A stretch of 55,898 nt of DNA, from assembly GCA_003599295.1 (NCBI GenBank), contig QZJK01000009.1:1-55898 (forward strand), read 5' to 3'. The position numbers and the translations under genes are program-made. Source of the stretch: Candidatus Parcubacteria bacterium (lineage in GTDB: Bacteria; Patescibacteriota; Minisyncoccia; Phycocordibacterales; UBA2100). Shown in pieces: positions 1 to 8,796 of this stretch (position 1 is its first letter; every line of letters starts with the position of its first letter). The notes under the pieces were generated by a model that was given only the letters and a program-made list of their open reading frames with translations, did not search any database and was not told the origin of the DNA.

Positions 1-245
1 CGGCGCTCGCGAAAGCGGACTTGGCACTTGTCGCGCCGATATACGCCGCGCGCGAGAAGCCGGACCCGGCCGTTTCCAATCACGCGCTCGCGAGCGCGGC
101 GTATGGTCTCGGAAATCCGGTGGAAGCCCTCGATTCATTCGATGCTATTCGCGAGCGTCTGCATAAAGAAAACGAAGGCACGCTCATAATCACCATGGGA
201 GCTGGCGACATCTACAAGGTTGCGGAGCAAATCACCGAGGAGTAG
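1..245 (+). CDS. murC: UDP-N-acetylmuramate--L-alanine ligase, C-terminal fragment (5-prime part outside window)
   Basis: The frame is open from the window edge to TAG at 243-245. The tail ...LVAPIYAAREKPDP...LIITMGAGDIYKVAEQI resembles the C-terminal end of Mur ligase MurC. Confidence 0.55.
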   Translation, partial: ALAKADLALVAPIYAAREKPDPAVSNHALASAAYGLGNPVEALDSFDAIRERLHKENEGTLIITMGAGDIYKVAEQITEE

Positions 246-254
246 TCTCTATAA

Positions 255-935
255 ATGGGCACGCTTTCTATAGTCGCAACGCCGATAGGAAACCTCGGCG
301 ATATCACGTTCCGCGCGCTGTGGACCTTGAAAGAGGCGAATGCAATTTACGCTGAAGACACGCGGGTGACCGCCAAACTTCTTCATCACTACGGCCTTCG
401 CACGCCACTCTTCCGACTGGACGCGGCGACCGAAGCGAAAAAGGCGGGAGAAGTCGTGAAGCGCCTTGAGGCGGGCGAGAAGATCGCGGTCGTGTCGGAC
501 GCGGGAACGCCGGGCATATCCGACCCGGGCGCGCGGCTCGTTGCCTACGTTCGGGAGACGCTCCCAGAGGCAAAAATTGAGGCGATACCGGGACCTTCCG
601 CCCTGACTGCCATGCTCTCTATCGCGGGCATTTCCGCAGACGTTTTTCTTTTCTTGGGTTTTTTACCCCATAAGAAAGGGCGACAGACTGCCCTCAAGGG
701 CATCGCAGAGAGCACCATTCCTGTCGTTCTGTATGAATCCCCTCATCGCATACTGAAACTTCTTGGAGAACTCGCCAAAACGGACTCGAAAGCGCGGGTC
801 GTCATTGGGCGGGAGCTCACGAAGCTGCACGAGGAAGTGCTCACCGGTGCGCCCGAAGAACTCGCGAAAACACTAGAGAAAGGGAAGAAGGTACGAGGCG
901 AATTCGTCGTCATCATCAAACCTTCTAGAAGGTAA
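255..935 (+). CDS. rsmI: 16S rRNA (cytidine1402-2'-O)-methyltransferase
   Basis: 226 aa. The motifs LSIVATPIGNLGDITFRAL..AEDTR and SDAGTPGISDPG are typical of the tetrapyrrole-methylase-fold RsmI family. Confidence 0.9.
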   Translation: MGTLSIVATPIGNLGDITFRALWTLKEANAIYAEDTRVTAKLLHHYGLRTPLFRLDAATEAKKAGEVVKRLEAGEKIAVVSDAGTPGISDPGARLVAYVRETLPEAKIEAIPGPSALTAMLSIAGISADVFLFLGFLPHKKGRQTALKGIAESTIPVVLYESPHRILKLLGELAKTDSKARVVIGRELTKLHEEVLTGAPEELAKTLEKGKKVRGEFVVIIKPSRR

Positions 936-962
936 GCCGGAGACACGGTATACTGTACGCCC

Positions 963-1190
963 ATGACCTTGGACACACTCATCATATTAGGAGGCGCTTT
1001 CGTGGCCGTACTCCCTTTTTTAGGGTTTCCTTCAAGCTGGGATTCAGTACTCTTGTTCTTGGCCGGCATTTTCGTCATAGGCCTTGGCGTCACCTTGCGC
1101 CGCCGCAGGAGCAGCGGCGCGCGAGAGAAGAGCGACGACATGTTAGTCAATACTAGCCAGACGCAACGAGGCGAACATGACCCATACTAG
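963..1190 (+). CDS. small membrane protein (two predicted TM helices, basic C-terminal tail)
   Basis: 75-aa ORF with hydrophobic stretches LIILGGAFVAVLPFLGF and VLLFLAGIFVIGLGV. It overlaps the next gene by 14 nt. No family was recognised. Confidence 0.45.
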   Translation: MTLDTLIILGGAFVAVLPFLGFPSSWDSVLLFLAGIFVIGLGVTLRRRRSSGAREKSDDMLVNTSQTQRGEHDPY

Positions 1191-2397
1191 TTTCGGCTTC
1201 CTCGCTTCGACCGCAATGGTGGCCGGTCTTGCCGCCACGGCGATGATCTCCTCGAGCGCGGAGATCTCTTTTACGCGCGCGCTCGGCGGAGAACCAACCG
1301 CCAGCTCGACCCCCGAAGTGTCGAGCGTCCCGCATCTTCAGACCCCGGTACCCCTCAAAGCCATCTACATGACGCAGTGCGCGGTCGGGACGCCGTCATT
1401 TCGCGAAGACCTAACGGCACTCATCGATGAAACGGAGTTGAATGCCATCATCATAGACATCAAAGATTATTCTGGCGGCATCGCGTTCCCCTCCGAGAAT
1501 CCCGCACTCGCGCCATACATCTCTGACAAATGCGGCGCGCGTGACATGAAAGCGTTCATCGAGTTATTGCATGAAAAAAATATCTACGTCATCGGACGCA
1601 TCACCGTGTTCCAAGACCCCTTGTACACGAAAGCGCATCCCGAGCTCGCAGTGAAAAAAGCGAGCGCAACAACGACCGTGTGGAAAGACCATAAAGGACT
1701 GTCATTCATAGACGTCGGGGCAAGGCCATTTTGGGATTACATGGTCGCGCTTGCGAAAGAATCGTACTCACTCGGTTTTGACGAACTGAACTTCGATTAC
1801 ATTCGTTTCCCGTCGGACGGCGACATGAAGGATATTTATTTCCCGTGGAGCGCAGGAAAAGGGAAGCAAGTCGCGCTCGAAGAATTCTTCAAATACCTGC
1901 ACGCTGAGCTCAAACCGACCGGAGCCGTTCTTTCCGCAGACCTCTTCGGCATGACCGCAACGAACGAGGACGACCTCAACATCGGACAGGTCTTGGAGCG
2001 CGCGCTCCCGTATTTCGATTATGTCGCCCCCATGGTGTACCCGTCCCACTATCCGAAAGGGTTCCACGGTTATACGGACGTGAACGCGAATGCGTACAAC
2101 ATCGTGCACTTTTCGATGAGCGAAGCGGTGCGACGCACGCTCGCGACGACGACCGCGACACAGTCGTTCACCCATACGCGTATCGGCACGTCGACACCTG
2201 CCGTGTATACGAAGCCGCCGTACCCCGCATCGAAAATGCGCCCATGGCTTCAGTCGTTCGACTATCCGGTCACCTATACGCCGGAAATGGTCGCGGCACA
2301 GATTAAAGCGACGAACGACGCCGGCCTCGACAGTTGGATGTTTTGGGACCCTGCGAATAAATATCGTTCACTACGGGCGATTCTTCAATCCGAATAG
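1177..2397 (+). CDS. putative glycoside hydrolase-like TIM-barrel protein (DUF4015/COG1306-like) with N-terminal membrane anchor or signal
   Basis: N-terminal hydrophobic segment. The core ...AIIIDIKDYSGGIAFPS...IYVIGRITVFQDP...GFDELNFDYIRFPSDG matches my recollection of the DUF4015 putative glycosyl hydrolase family. Confidence 0.7.
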   Translation: MTHTSFGFLASTAMVAGLAATAMISSSAEISFTRALGGEPTASSTPEVSSVPHLQTPVPLKAIYMTQCAVGTPSFREDLTALIDETELNAIIIDIKDYSGGIAFPSENPALAPYISDKCGARDMKAFIELLHEKNIYVIGRITVFQDPLYTKAHPELAVKKASATTTVWKDHKGLSFIDVGARPFWDYMVALAKESYSLGFDELNFDYIRFPSDGDMKDIYFPWSAGKGKQVALEEFFKYLHAELKPTGAVLSADLFGMTATNEDDLNIGQVLERALPYFDYVAPMVYPSHYPKGFHGYTDVNANAYNIVHFSMSEAVRRTLATTTATQSFTHTRIGTSTPAVYTKPPYPASKMRPWLQSFDYPVTYTPEMVAAQIKATNDAGLDSWMFWDPANKYRSLRAILQSE

Positions 2398-2449
2398 GAT
2401 GTGGCATCGCTCGCCCTATGTCGCCAGTAAAAGCGCTATAATACGAGGC

Positions 2450-4225
2450 ATGAATCCCAACGAGCGGGATGACGACCGCCGCGTTACCTATTTTGCGGCG
2501 ACGCACACGCGCGGAAAGCGCGAAATGTTCGGCATTCGAGCCGCCGACCGGGGAAAGCACATCTATGTCATCGGGAAGACCGGTATGGGAAAGTCCACCA
2601 TGCTCGAGAACATGGCGATACAAGATATCCAGAACGGCGAAGGCGTCGCGTTCATTGACCCGCACGGTGCGACGGCGGAGAAACTTCTCGACTTCATTCC
2701 GCATGAGCGCATCAAAGACGTCGTCTATTTCGCGCCGTTCGATACCGACCATCCGATAGGTTTTAACGTAATGGAGGACGTAGGATACGACAAACGCCAT
2801 CTCGTGGTATCGGGACTTATGGGGGCCTTAAAACGCATCTGGGTGGACGCATGGAGCGCAAGAATGGAATACATTCTCCAGAACACGCTTTTGGCGCTCC
2901 TCGAATATCCTGACTCGACGCTCCTCGATGTGAACCGCATGCTCACGAACAAAATGTTCCGCGCATCGGTCGTCGAAAAGATTACCGACCCTATCGTGAA
3001 AGGGTTTTGGACAGAGGAATTTGCGGCTTTCACCGACACGTATACGCGCGAGGCGACGCCCGCTATCCAGAACAAAGTCGGGCAATTCACCGCAAATCCG
3101 CTCATCAGGAACATCGTGGGCCAGGCTCACTCGAGTTTCGACCTGCGGAAGATGATGGACGAAAAGAAGATATTCATCGTCAATCTCTCGAAAGGGCGCA
3201 TGGGAGAAACGAACGCCGCACTACTCGGTTCGATGCTCGTCGTGAAGATATACCTTGCGGCGATGTCGCGCGCTGACGAACCGGCAGCGCGTCTTGCGAG
3301 CCTTCCGCGCTTTTATTTCTACGTCGACGAATTCCAGTCGATGATGAACGAAGCGTTCGCGGACATCCTTTCGGAATCGCGGAAATACAAACTGGCGCTA
3401 ACGCTCGCAAACCAGTACATCGAGCAGATGGAAGAAAAAGTGCGCGACGCGGTCTTCGGCAACGTCGGAACCCTCGTATGTTTCCGGGTCGGGCCGTTTG
3501 ATGCGGAAGTATTGAAGATAATTTTTGAGCCCACGTTCACTCCGGAAGACCTTGTGGGGCTCGGTATCGGGCAGATATACCTGACCCTTATGATAGATGG
3601 CGTCGGTTCGCGGCCCTTTTCCGCGGAGACCATACCGCCAATTGAATCGCCCCCGATCTCATATCGCGACGATGTTATCCGAAGTTCACGAGAGCAATAC
3701 TCACGGCCGCGTGCGGAAATGGAAGCGCTTGTGATGAAACGACAGAAAGACTTTGCGCTTCAGCCGAAAGTCGACCAGCGAAGACCGCGCGACGGCGAAC
3801 GGCCGCGGGGAAGCGGAACCCCTCACATGGGGGATCGAGGGAGGAGAGAGAGGGACGCGCGACCCCAAGCAGACGTTCGTCCTCGGGAGCGTGTGCAGCA
3901 ATTTCCCGAACATGCAGCGCCTCCTCCGCGTGCTCGAGAAACGCCGCCCCAGAGCGCAGTCCAGCGCGATGCCTTGCGCGCGGCCATAGCGGCGGCGCAT
4001 CCTATTCCCGGCGCCCCTCCGAGACGCACGCCAGCAGACATCATGCGCGAGCGCCTTGCGAAAAAGCCTAGCTCCGAGGCACCGGAGACTCCGCAGAGCC
4101 GCCCGATACCTCCTATGCCTCCCGCCGAAGACGCACGCAATGATGATGCGAGCGGGAGAGGAAAAGGCGAAGTCTCTCCGGAAGTGCTACAGAAAGTGCT
4201 TCGCGGGGATGAGACGCATGAGTAA
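2450..4225 (+). CDS. soluble VirD4/TraD-like (type IV coupling protein-like) P-loop ATPase with Arg/Pro-rich disordered C-terminal tail
   Basis: Walker A is GKTGMGKST and the Walker B-like motif is FYFYVDEFQS. Also present are DPHG and a TLANQY motif, as in T4CP/TrwB-type DNA-binding ATPases. No N-terminal TM helix is present. The ORF opens at 2399, but the ATG at 2450 follows a GAGG. Confidence 0.7.
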   Translation: MNPNERDDDRRVTYFAATHTRGKREMFGIRAADRGKHIYVIGKTGMGKSTMLENMAIQDIQNGEGVAFIDPHGATAEKLLDFIPHERIKDVVYFAPFDTDHPIGFNVMEDVGYDKRHLVVSGLMGALKRIWVDAWSARMEYILQNTLLALLEYPDSTLLDVNRMLTNKMFRASVVEKITDPIVKGFWTEEFAAFTDTYTREATPAIQNKVGQFTANPLIRNIVGQAHSSFDLRKMMDEKKIFIVNLSKGRMGETNAALLGSMLVVKIYLAAMSRADEPAARLASLPRFYFYVDEFQSMMNEAFADILSESRKYKLALTLANQYIEQMEEKVRDAVFGNVGTLVCFRVGPFDAEVLKIIFEPTFTPEDLVGLGIGQIYLTLMIDGVGSRPFSAETIPPIESPPISYRDDVIRSSREQYSRPRAEMEALVMKRQKDFALQPKVDQRRPRDGERPRGSGTPHMGDRGRRERDARPQADVRPRERVQQFPEHAAPPPRARETPPQSAVQRDALRAAIAAAHPIPGAPPRRTPADIMRERLAKKPSSEAPETPQSRPIPPMPPAEDARNDDASGRGKGEVSPEVLQKVLRGDETHE

Positions 4226-5699
4226 GTTCGTTCAAGCGCTTTCTTTCGCACTTTTCTTTGCACCCGGCATAACGACTGCGCAAGTCGTCATCTCCGAGAT
4301 CATGTACGACCTCGAAGGATCGGACACCGGCCGCGAATGGGTCGAGGTATTCAACACGGGCTCTACACCTGTTCCCCTTACTGAATGGAAACTATTCGAA
4401 GCTGACTCCAATCACAATATTATCGCGTATTCAGGGGGCGAATCCCTTCCCGGGGGCGCATACGCAATCATCGCGGACAATCCTGCAAAATTCCTCGTGG
4501 ATAGGCCGACGTACACGGACGCGCTCTTCGACAGCTCATTTTCGCTCTCGAACACTGGAGAAACGTTGACTCTTCGCTGCTGTAGCACGGACGAGAATCT
4601 CATCGACAAGGATTCTGTTTTTTATGATCCGGGGATAGGGGCGGCAGGCGACGGAAACACGCTCCATCGAGCAAGCACTCAAAGTTCTTCGTTTGCCGCC
4701 GCGGCGCCGACGCCGGGCACGGGCAGTTTGCAGAAGACAGGGGGTGGTAATAATTCTGTTCCGGCATTTGATACTGATGGTGTTGCGGTGGAGGCTCCGG
4801 AATCCAACTCAAGTTCCGCCGGAACCGTTTCTTCCAGTTCAGCAGTTCTTGCGCGGGTGAGTGCTGGGAGTAATCGTACAGTCATTGCAGGAATCGAAGC
4901 GCAACTGGAAGCCAGCGCCTACGACGGTTCGAATCGTCCCGTTGAAGCGGAATTCCGGTGGAACTTCGGCGATGGCGCAACCGCACTCGGCCGGAGTGTG
5001 TCGCACAAGTGGGAATACGCAGGCCGCTATGCGGTCGTTCTTGAAGCGGTTCGGTATGGAGAAAAAGCGTCGCATCGGATAACGGTTTCCGTCGAATTTC
5101 CGGAACTATCGTTCAAAGCGCTCCCCGACGGGGGCGTCATCATAGAAAACCTCTCGAACCGCGAGCTCGACCTTTCCGGATGGCGCATCGCAGAGCGGGG
5201 AATGACGTTCGTTTTTCCTCAAAATACCATAGTGCTTCGGGGTGCATCCATCCGGCTTTCTTCTACGAACATCGGATTTTTCGCATCGGCGTCCATAACA
5301 CTCCTTTATCCGAATGGGACAGTGTTCTCTACGGGGACTCCGGATGTCACTGAAGAAGGAGCACTAACCCCAGCTTTGGCAGAAACCACATTCGTCGATA
5401 CTTCGGCGATCGAGCCGACCCTCGAAAATAGGCTCGAACCTGATAGCGCACTTATAGAAGATGTGGAACCAGATATAGTCCAAGAAAAGACCGAGGAGGA
5501 AACTCCGCCTCCCCAAGATCAAGCGGGGCAACGTTCAGAACAACTTGCCGCGGCCGCTGCAGCGGGGGTCGGCTCGAACATGTCGCTTCTGTGGTGGCTT
5601 GGAGCCTTGCTTCTCTTGGCGCTCGCCGGCGTCGCAGTCTATGCGGCGAGACGCCTAGGGCGGCGGGAGTGGGCTATCATTGAAGATACGTCGGAATAA
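4218..5699 (+). CDS. membrane-anchored surface protein: signal peptide, lamin-tail domain, PKD-like domain, second lamin-tail-like domain, C-terminal TM anchor
   Basis: Signal peptide MSKFVQALSFALFFAPGITTAQ. LTD motif VVISEIMYD..GREWVEVFNTG..L..WKL. PKD-like FRWNFGDGATALGRSVSHKWEYAGRYAVVL. C-terminal anchor LWWLGALLLLALAGVAVYAARR. The start overlaps the ATPase stop by 8 nt, and the ORF-track extension from 4056 is probably not translated. Confidence 0.75.
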   Translation: MSKFVQALSFALFFAPGITTAQVVISEIMYDLEGSDTGREWVEVFNTGSTPVPLTEWKLFEADSNHNIIAYSGGESLPGGAYAIIADNPAKFLVDRPTYTDALFDSSFSLSNTGETLTLRCCSTDENLIDKDSVFYDPGIGAAGDGNTLHRASTQSSSFAAAAPTPGTGSLQKTGGGNNSVPAFDTDGVAVEAPESNSSSAGTVSSSSAVLARVSAGSNRTVIAGIEAQLEASAYDGSNRPVEAEFRWNFGDGATALGRSVSHKWEYAGRYAVVLEAVRYGEKASHRITVSVEFPELSFKALPDGGVIIENLSNRELDLSGWRIAERGMTFVFPQNTIVLRGASIRLSSTNIGFFASASITLLYPNGTVFSTGTPDVTEEGALTPALAETTFVDTSAIEPTLENRLEPDSALIEDVEPDIVQEKTEEETPPPQDQAGQRSEQLAAAAAAGVGSNMSLLWWLGALLLLALAGVAVYAARRLGRREWAIIEDTSE

Positions 5700-5715
5700 G
5701 TGTACTGTGGCTTAC

Positions 5716-6576
5716 ATGGCTAAGAAAAAGACTATTTTGGTGACGGGTGGAGCCGGATTCATCGGTTCGCATCTGTGCGCTCGCCTCGTCAAAGACGGCA
5801 ACCGCGTCATTTCGCTCGACAACTATTTTTCGGGCTCGAAAGAAAACCATGTTGACGGAGTCGAGTATCGGGAAGGGCACACGAAAGATATTGAGGCGCT
5901 CGTACCGGAAACCGATGTCGACATCATTTACCACCTCGGCGAATACGCGCGGGTCGAGAGCAGCCTCGCGGAACCGGGCACAGTATGGGACCTTAATGTT
6001 CTTGGCACGTTCCGCGTGCTCGAATTCTGGCGAACCCGCAAATGCAAATTGGTGTATGCCGGCTCCTCGACGAAATTCGGCGACGGAGGCCTAGGCCGGG
6101 ACCAAAGCCCGTATGCGTGGACGAAAGCGATAAACACCGAACTCGTGCGTAATTATGGAGCCTGGTTCGGACTTTCATACGCGATAACATATTTTTACAA
6201 TGTCTACGGTCCCGGCGAACGGTCGGAAAAATACGGTACGGTCGTCGAGATATTCCGGCAGAAGCATCTGAAGGGCGAGTCGCTCCCCGTCGTCGCGCCC
6301 GGCATGCAGAAGCGCAATTTCACGCACGTCGACGATATCGTCGACGGGCTCATGTTGATCGGGGAAAAAGGCGAAGGCGACGAATTCGGTTTAGGCAATA
6401 GACGCACCTACACTATCCTCGAACTCGCGCAACTCTTCGGAGACCCCATAGAAATGCTTCCGGAGCGTCCGGGGAATCGCATGGATGCGTCAATCGAAAC
6501 ATCGAAATCAGAGGCGCTCGGCTGGGGCGCGAAGCGGGAGCTTGCGGAATATATCCGCGAAGCGACCGCACAATGA
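5716..6576 (+). CDS. NAD-dependent nucleotide-sugar epimerase/dehydratase (SDR family)
   Basis: Rossmann motif ILVTGGAGFIGSHL and the catalytic YAWTK (YxxxK) motif. Confidence 0.8.
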   Translation: MAKKKTILVTGGAGFIGSHLCARLVKDGNRVISLDNYFSGSKENHVDGVEYREGHTKDIEALVPETDVDIIYHLGEYARVESSLAEPGTVWDLNVLGTFRVLEFWRTRKCKLVYAGSSTKFGDGGLGRDQSPYAWTKAINTELVRNYGAWFGLSYAITYFYNVYGPGERSEKYGTVVEIFRQKHLKGESLPVVAPGMQKRNFTHVDDIVDGLMLIGEKGEGDEFGLGNRRTYTILELAQLFGDPIEMLPERPGNRMDASIETSKSEALGWGAKRELAEYIREATAQ

Positions 6577-6579
6577 ATC

Positions 6580-7749
6580 GTGCCAAAGAAAGTCCTCATT
6601 TTCTCACTCGCGTACTTTCCGAAGTTCGTCGGAGGCGCAGAGGTCGCGGTGAAAGAGATCACCGAACGTATCTCTGATATCGAGTGGCACATGGTGACGT
6701 TGCGATTCGATCGTGCGGCACCTGATATCGAAAAAATAGGGAATGTCACGGTGCATCGGGTAGGGAGTAGGGGCTCGTATCTTTCCAAAATGATCTTCTT
6801 ACCTCTCGCAGCGCTCAAAGCGCGGAGACTCCATCGGGAGAAGTCGTTTGACGCCGCGTGGGCCATGATGAGCTACATGCTACTTCCGCTCATCTTTGCG
6901 CGTTTACGTCTCCCGTACGTTCTAACGCTCCAAGAGGGAGATACTGAACATCACATGTTCGGCCGTCTGCGCATACTTCCATTCCTGCCATTCATCAACT
7001 ATGGCTTTCGTCATGCGAGTATCGTGCAGGCCATCTCGACGTACCTTGGAACGTGGGCCAGGCGGCGCGGCTTCAAGGGTCCGCTCGAAATTATCCCGAA
7101 CGGCGTGGATGTCCCGCGTTTTTCCGAAACGTATCCACCACGAGTCATTGACGAAGTGAAAGATGAATTAGGAAAACGCATGGGCGATGTATTCCTCGTT
7201 ACGACCTCGCGCTTGGTGCATAAGAACGCACTCGATGTTTGTCTAACGGCGCTCACAATGCTTCCGGAACACGTGAGATTCGTCGTTATCGGAACGGGTC
7301 CGCTCGAATCCGACTTAAAACTAAAAACTAGAAACTTAAAACTTGAGTCGCGCGTGCAATTCATCGGCCACATCGGACACGAGGAGCTGCCGAAGTATCT
7401 AAAGGCGTGCGATATATTCGTGCGCCCCTCGCGCTCCGAAGGCATGGGCAATTCGTTCATTGAGGCGATGGCCGCAGGGCTACCCGTTGTCGCAACACAA
7501 GAGGGCGGCATCGCAGATTTTCTTTTCGATGAGAAACGGAACCCTGATAGGGAAATAACGGGTTTTGCGGTAGACAAAGATTCTTCGGAGGAGATAGCAC
7601 TGCAGGTAAAGAACATCATGGAACATCCGGAGAAGACGAGAGCAGTTGTTGCTACGGCTCGTGCGATGGTCCTCGAAAAGTACGATTGGGACATACTCGC
7701 GAAAGACATGCGCGAAAAAGTCTTTGGCCGAGTCATTAAAACCAGCTAG
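6580..7749 (+). CDS. glycosyltransferase, GT4 (GT-B) family
   Basis: GTG start. The C-terminal half has RPSRSEGMGNSFIEAMAAGLPVVAT (E-x7-E motif). Confidence 0.85.
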   Translation: MPKKVLIFSLAYFPKFVGGAEVAVKEITERISDIEWHMVTLRFDRAAPDIEKIGNVTVHRVGSRGSYLSKMIFLPLAALKARRLHREKSFDAAWAMMSYMLLPLIFARLRLPYVLTLQEGDTEHHMFGRLRILPFLPFINYGFRHASIVQAISTYLGTWARRRGFKGPLEIIPNGVDVPRFSETYPPRVIDEVKDELGKRMGDVFLVTTSRLVHKNALDVCLTALTMLPEHVRFVVIGTGPLESDLKLKTRNLKLESRVQFIGHIGHEELPKYLKACDIFVRPSRSEGMGNSFIEAMAAGLPVVATQEGGIADFLFDEKRNPDREITGFAVDKDSSEEIALQVKNIMEHPEKTRAVVATARAMVLEKYDWDILAKDMREKVFGRVIKTS

Positions 7750-7758
7750 AATCGTGGA

Positions 7759-8766
7759 ATGCGGCTCGTAATCGCAACAGGCATTTACCCGCCGGACGTC
7801 GGCGGCCCTGCCTACTATGCGGAAGGCCTTGCCGCCGCTTTCAAGAAAGCGGGCCACAGCGTCGGCGTGGCGCAGTATGGGTTTTTGAAGAGACTTCCCA
7901 CTGGCATTCGGCACCTCGTCTACGCTCTGAAATTATTTCCGGCCGCATGTTTCGCTGATGCGGTCATCGCACTTGACACCTTTAGCGTCGCTCTGCCCGC
8001 GGCACTCGTCTGTTCCGTCACGCGCACGCCGCTCATCATACGGACCGGCGGAGATTTTCTGTGGGAAGCATATGCCGAGAGAACACATCACCTTATTCCG
8101 CTTCAGCGTTTTTACCAGGAACACAGACCCTTTACCCTCAAGGAACGCGCGATATTCCGATTGACGAAATTCATACTTCGCCGCGGGACGCTTGTCTTCA
8201 GCACCGCGATGCAGCGCGACGTGTGGCAGACCCCGTATAAGCTCGATGCATCCCGAATGGAGGTTATCGGGAACGCCGTTCTAGAACCGTTAGAAAGCGA
8301 GACTCCGCGTGAGAAGAACTACCTGTGGCACGTACGTCCGACAGCGATAAAAAACGGCGAGCATGTGCGGGCGGCATTCGCGAAAGCGAAAGAGAAACAT
8401 CCGGATATCATCATAGAAGAAGGAATACTCCCGAAGGCGGAGTTGTTGTCGCGGATGCGCAGCTGCTACGCAGTAATACTCCCGTCCGTGACAGAGGTAA
8501 GCCCGAATTACATCCTCGATGCACTCCGCTTTCGAAAGCCGTTCATCATGGACAAATACTCCGGACTCGCACCGTGGCTCGCTCCCTATGGCATCCTGGT
8601 CGATCCGCTCGATGAGGACGATATCGCGAATGCTCTCGCACGGCTCGCGGAGTCTGAGGGCTATGAGGAAGCCAAAAAGAAAGCGGCCGCTTTTTCGTTC
8701 ACACAAACCTATGATGATGTCGCGAAGGACTTTCTCGGACTTATCGAGAGAAGGCATTTGTCTTGA
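7759..8766 (+). CDS. glycosyltransferase (GT-B-like)
   Basis: N-terminus MRLVIATGIYPPDVGGPAYYAEGLA is typical of GT4-type enzymes. The C-terminal motif is degenerate. Confidence 0.65.
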   Translation: MRLVIATGIYPPDVGGPAYYAEGLAAAFKKAGHSVGVAQYGFLKRLPTGIRHLVYALKLFPAACFADAVIALDTFSVALPAALVCSVTRTPLIIRTGGDFLWEAYAERTHHLIPLQRFYQEHRPFTLKERAIFRLTKFILRRGTLVFSTAMQRDVWQTPYKLDASRMEVIGNAVLEPLESETPREKNYLWHVRPTAIKNGEHVRAAFAKAKEKHPDIIIEEGILPKAELLSRMRSCYAVILPSVTEVSPNYILDALRFRKPFIMDKYSGLAPWLAPYGILVDPLDEDDIANALARLAESEGYEEAKKKAAAFSFTQTYDDVAKDFLGLIERRHLS

Positions 8767-8796
8767 AAAACCCCATAAAATCGGTACAGTTCGGTG

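Noticed and set aside
4056-4217. N-terminal extensions offered by the ORF track: 4056 for the LTD protein, 10634 for a GT, 31538 for gmd, 35967 for the secreted protein, 41571 for GtrA, 47835 for secA and 2399 for the ATPase.
   Set aside because: The extensions overlap the preceding gene or have non-protein-like composition. Internal ATGs coincide with where homologous families or signal peptides begin.
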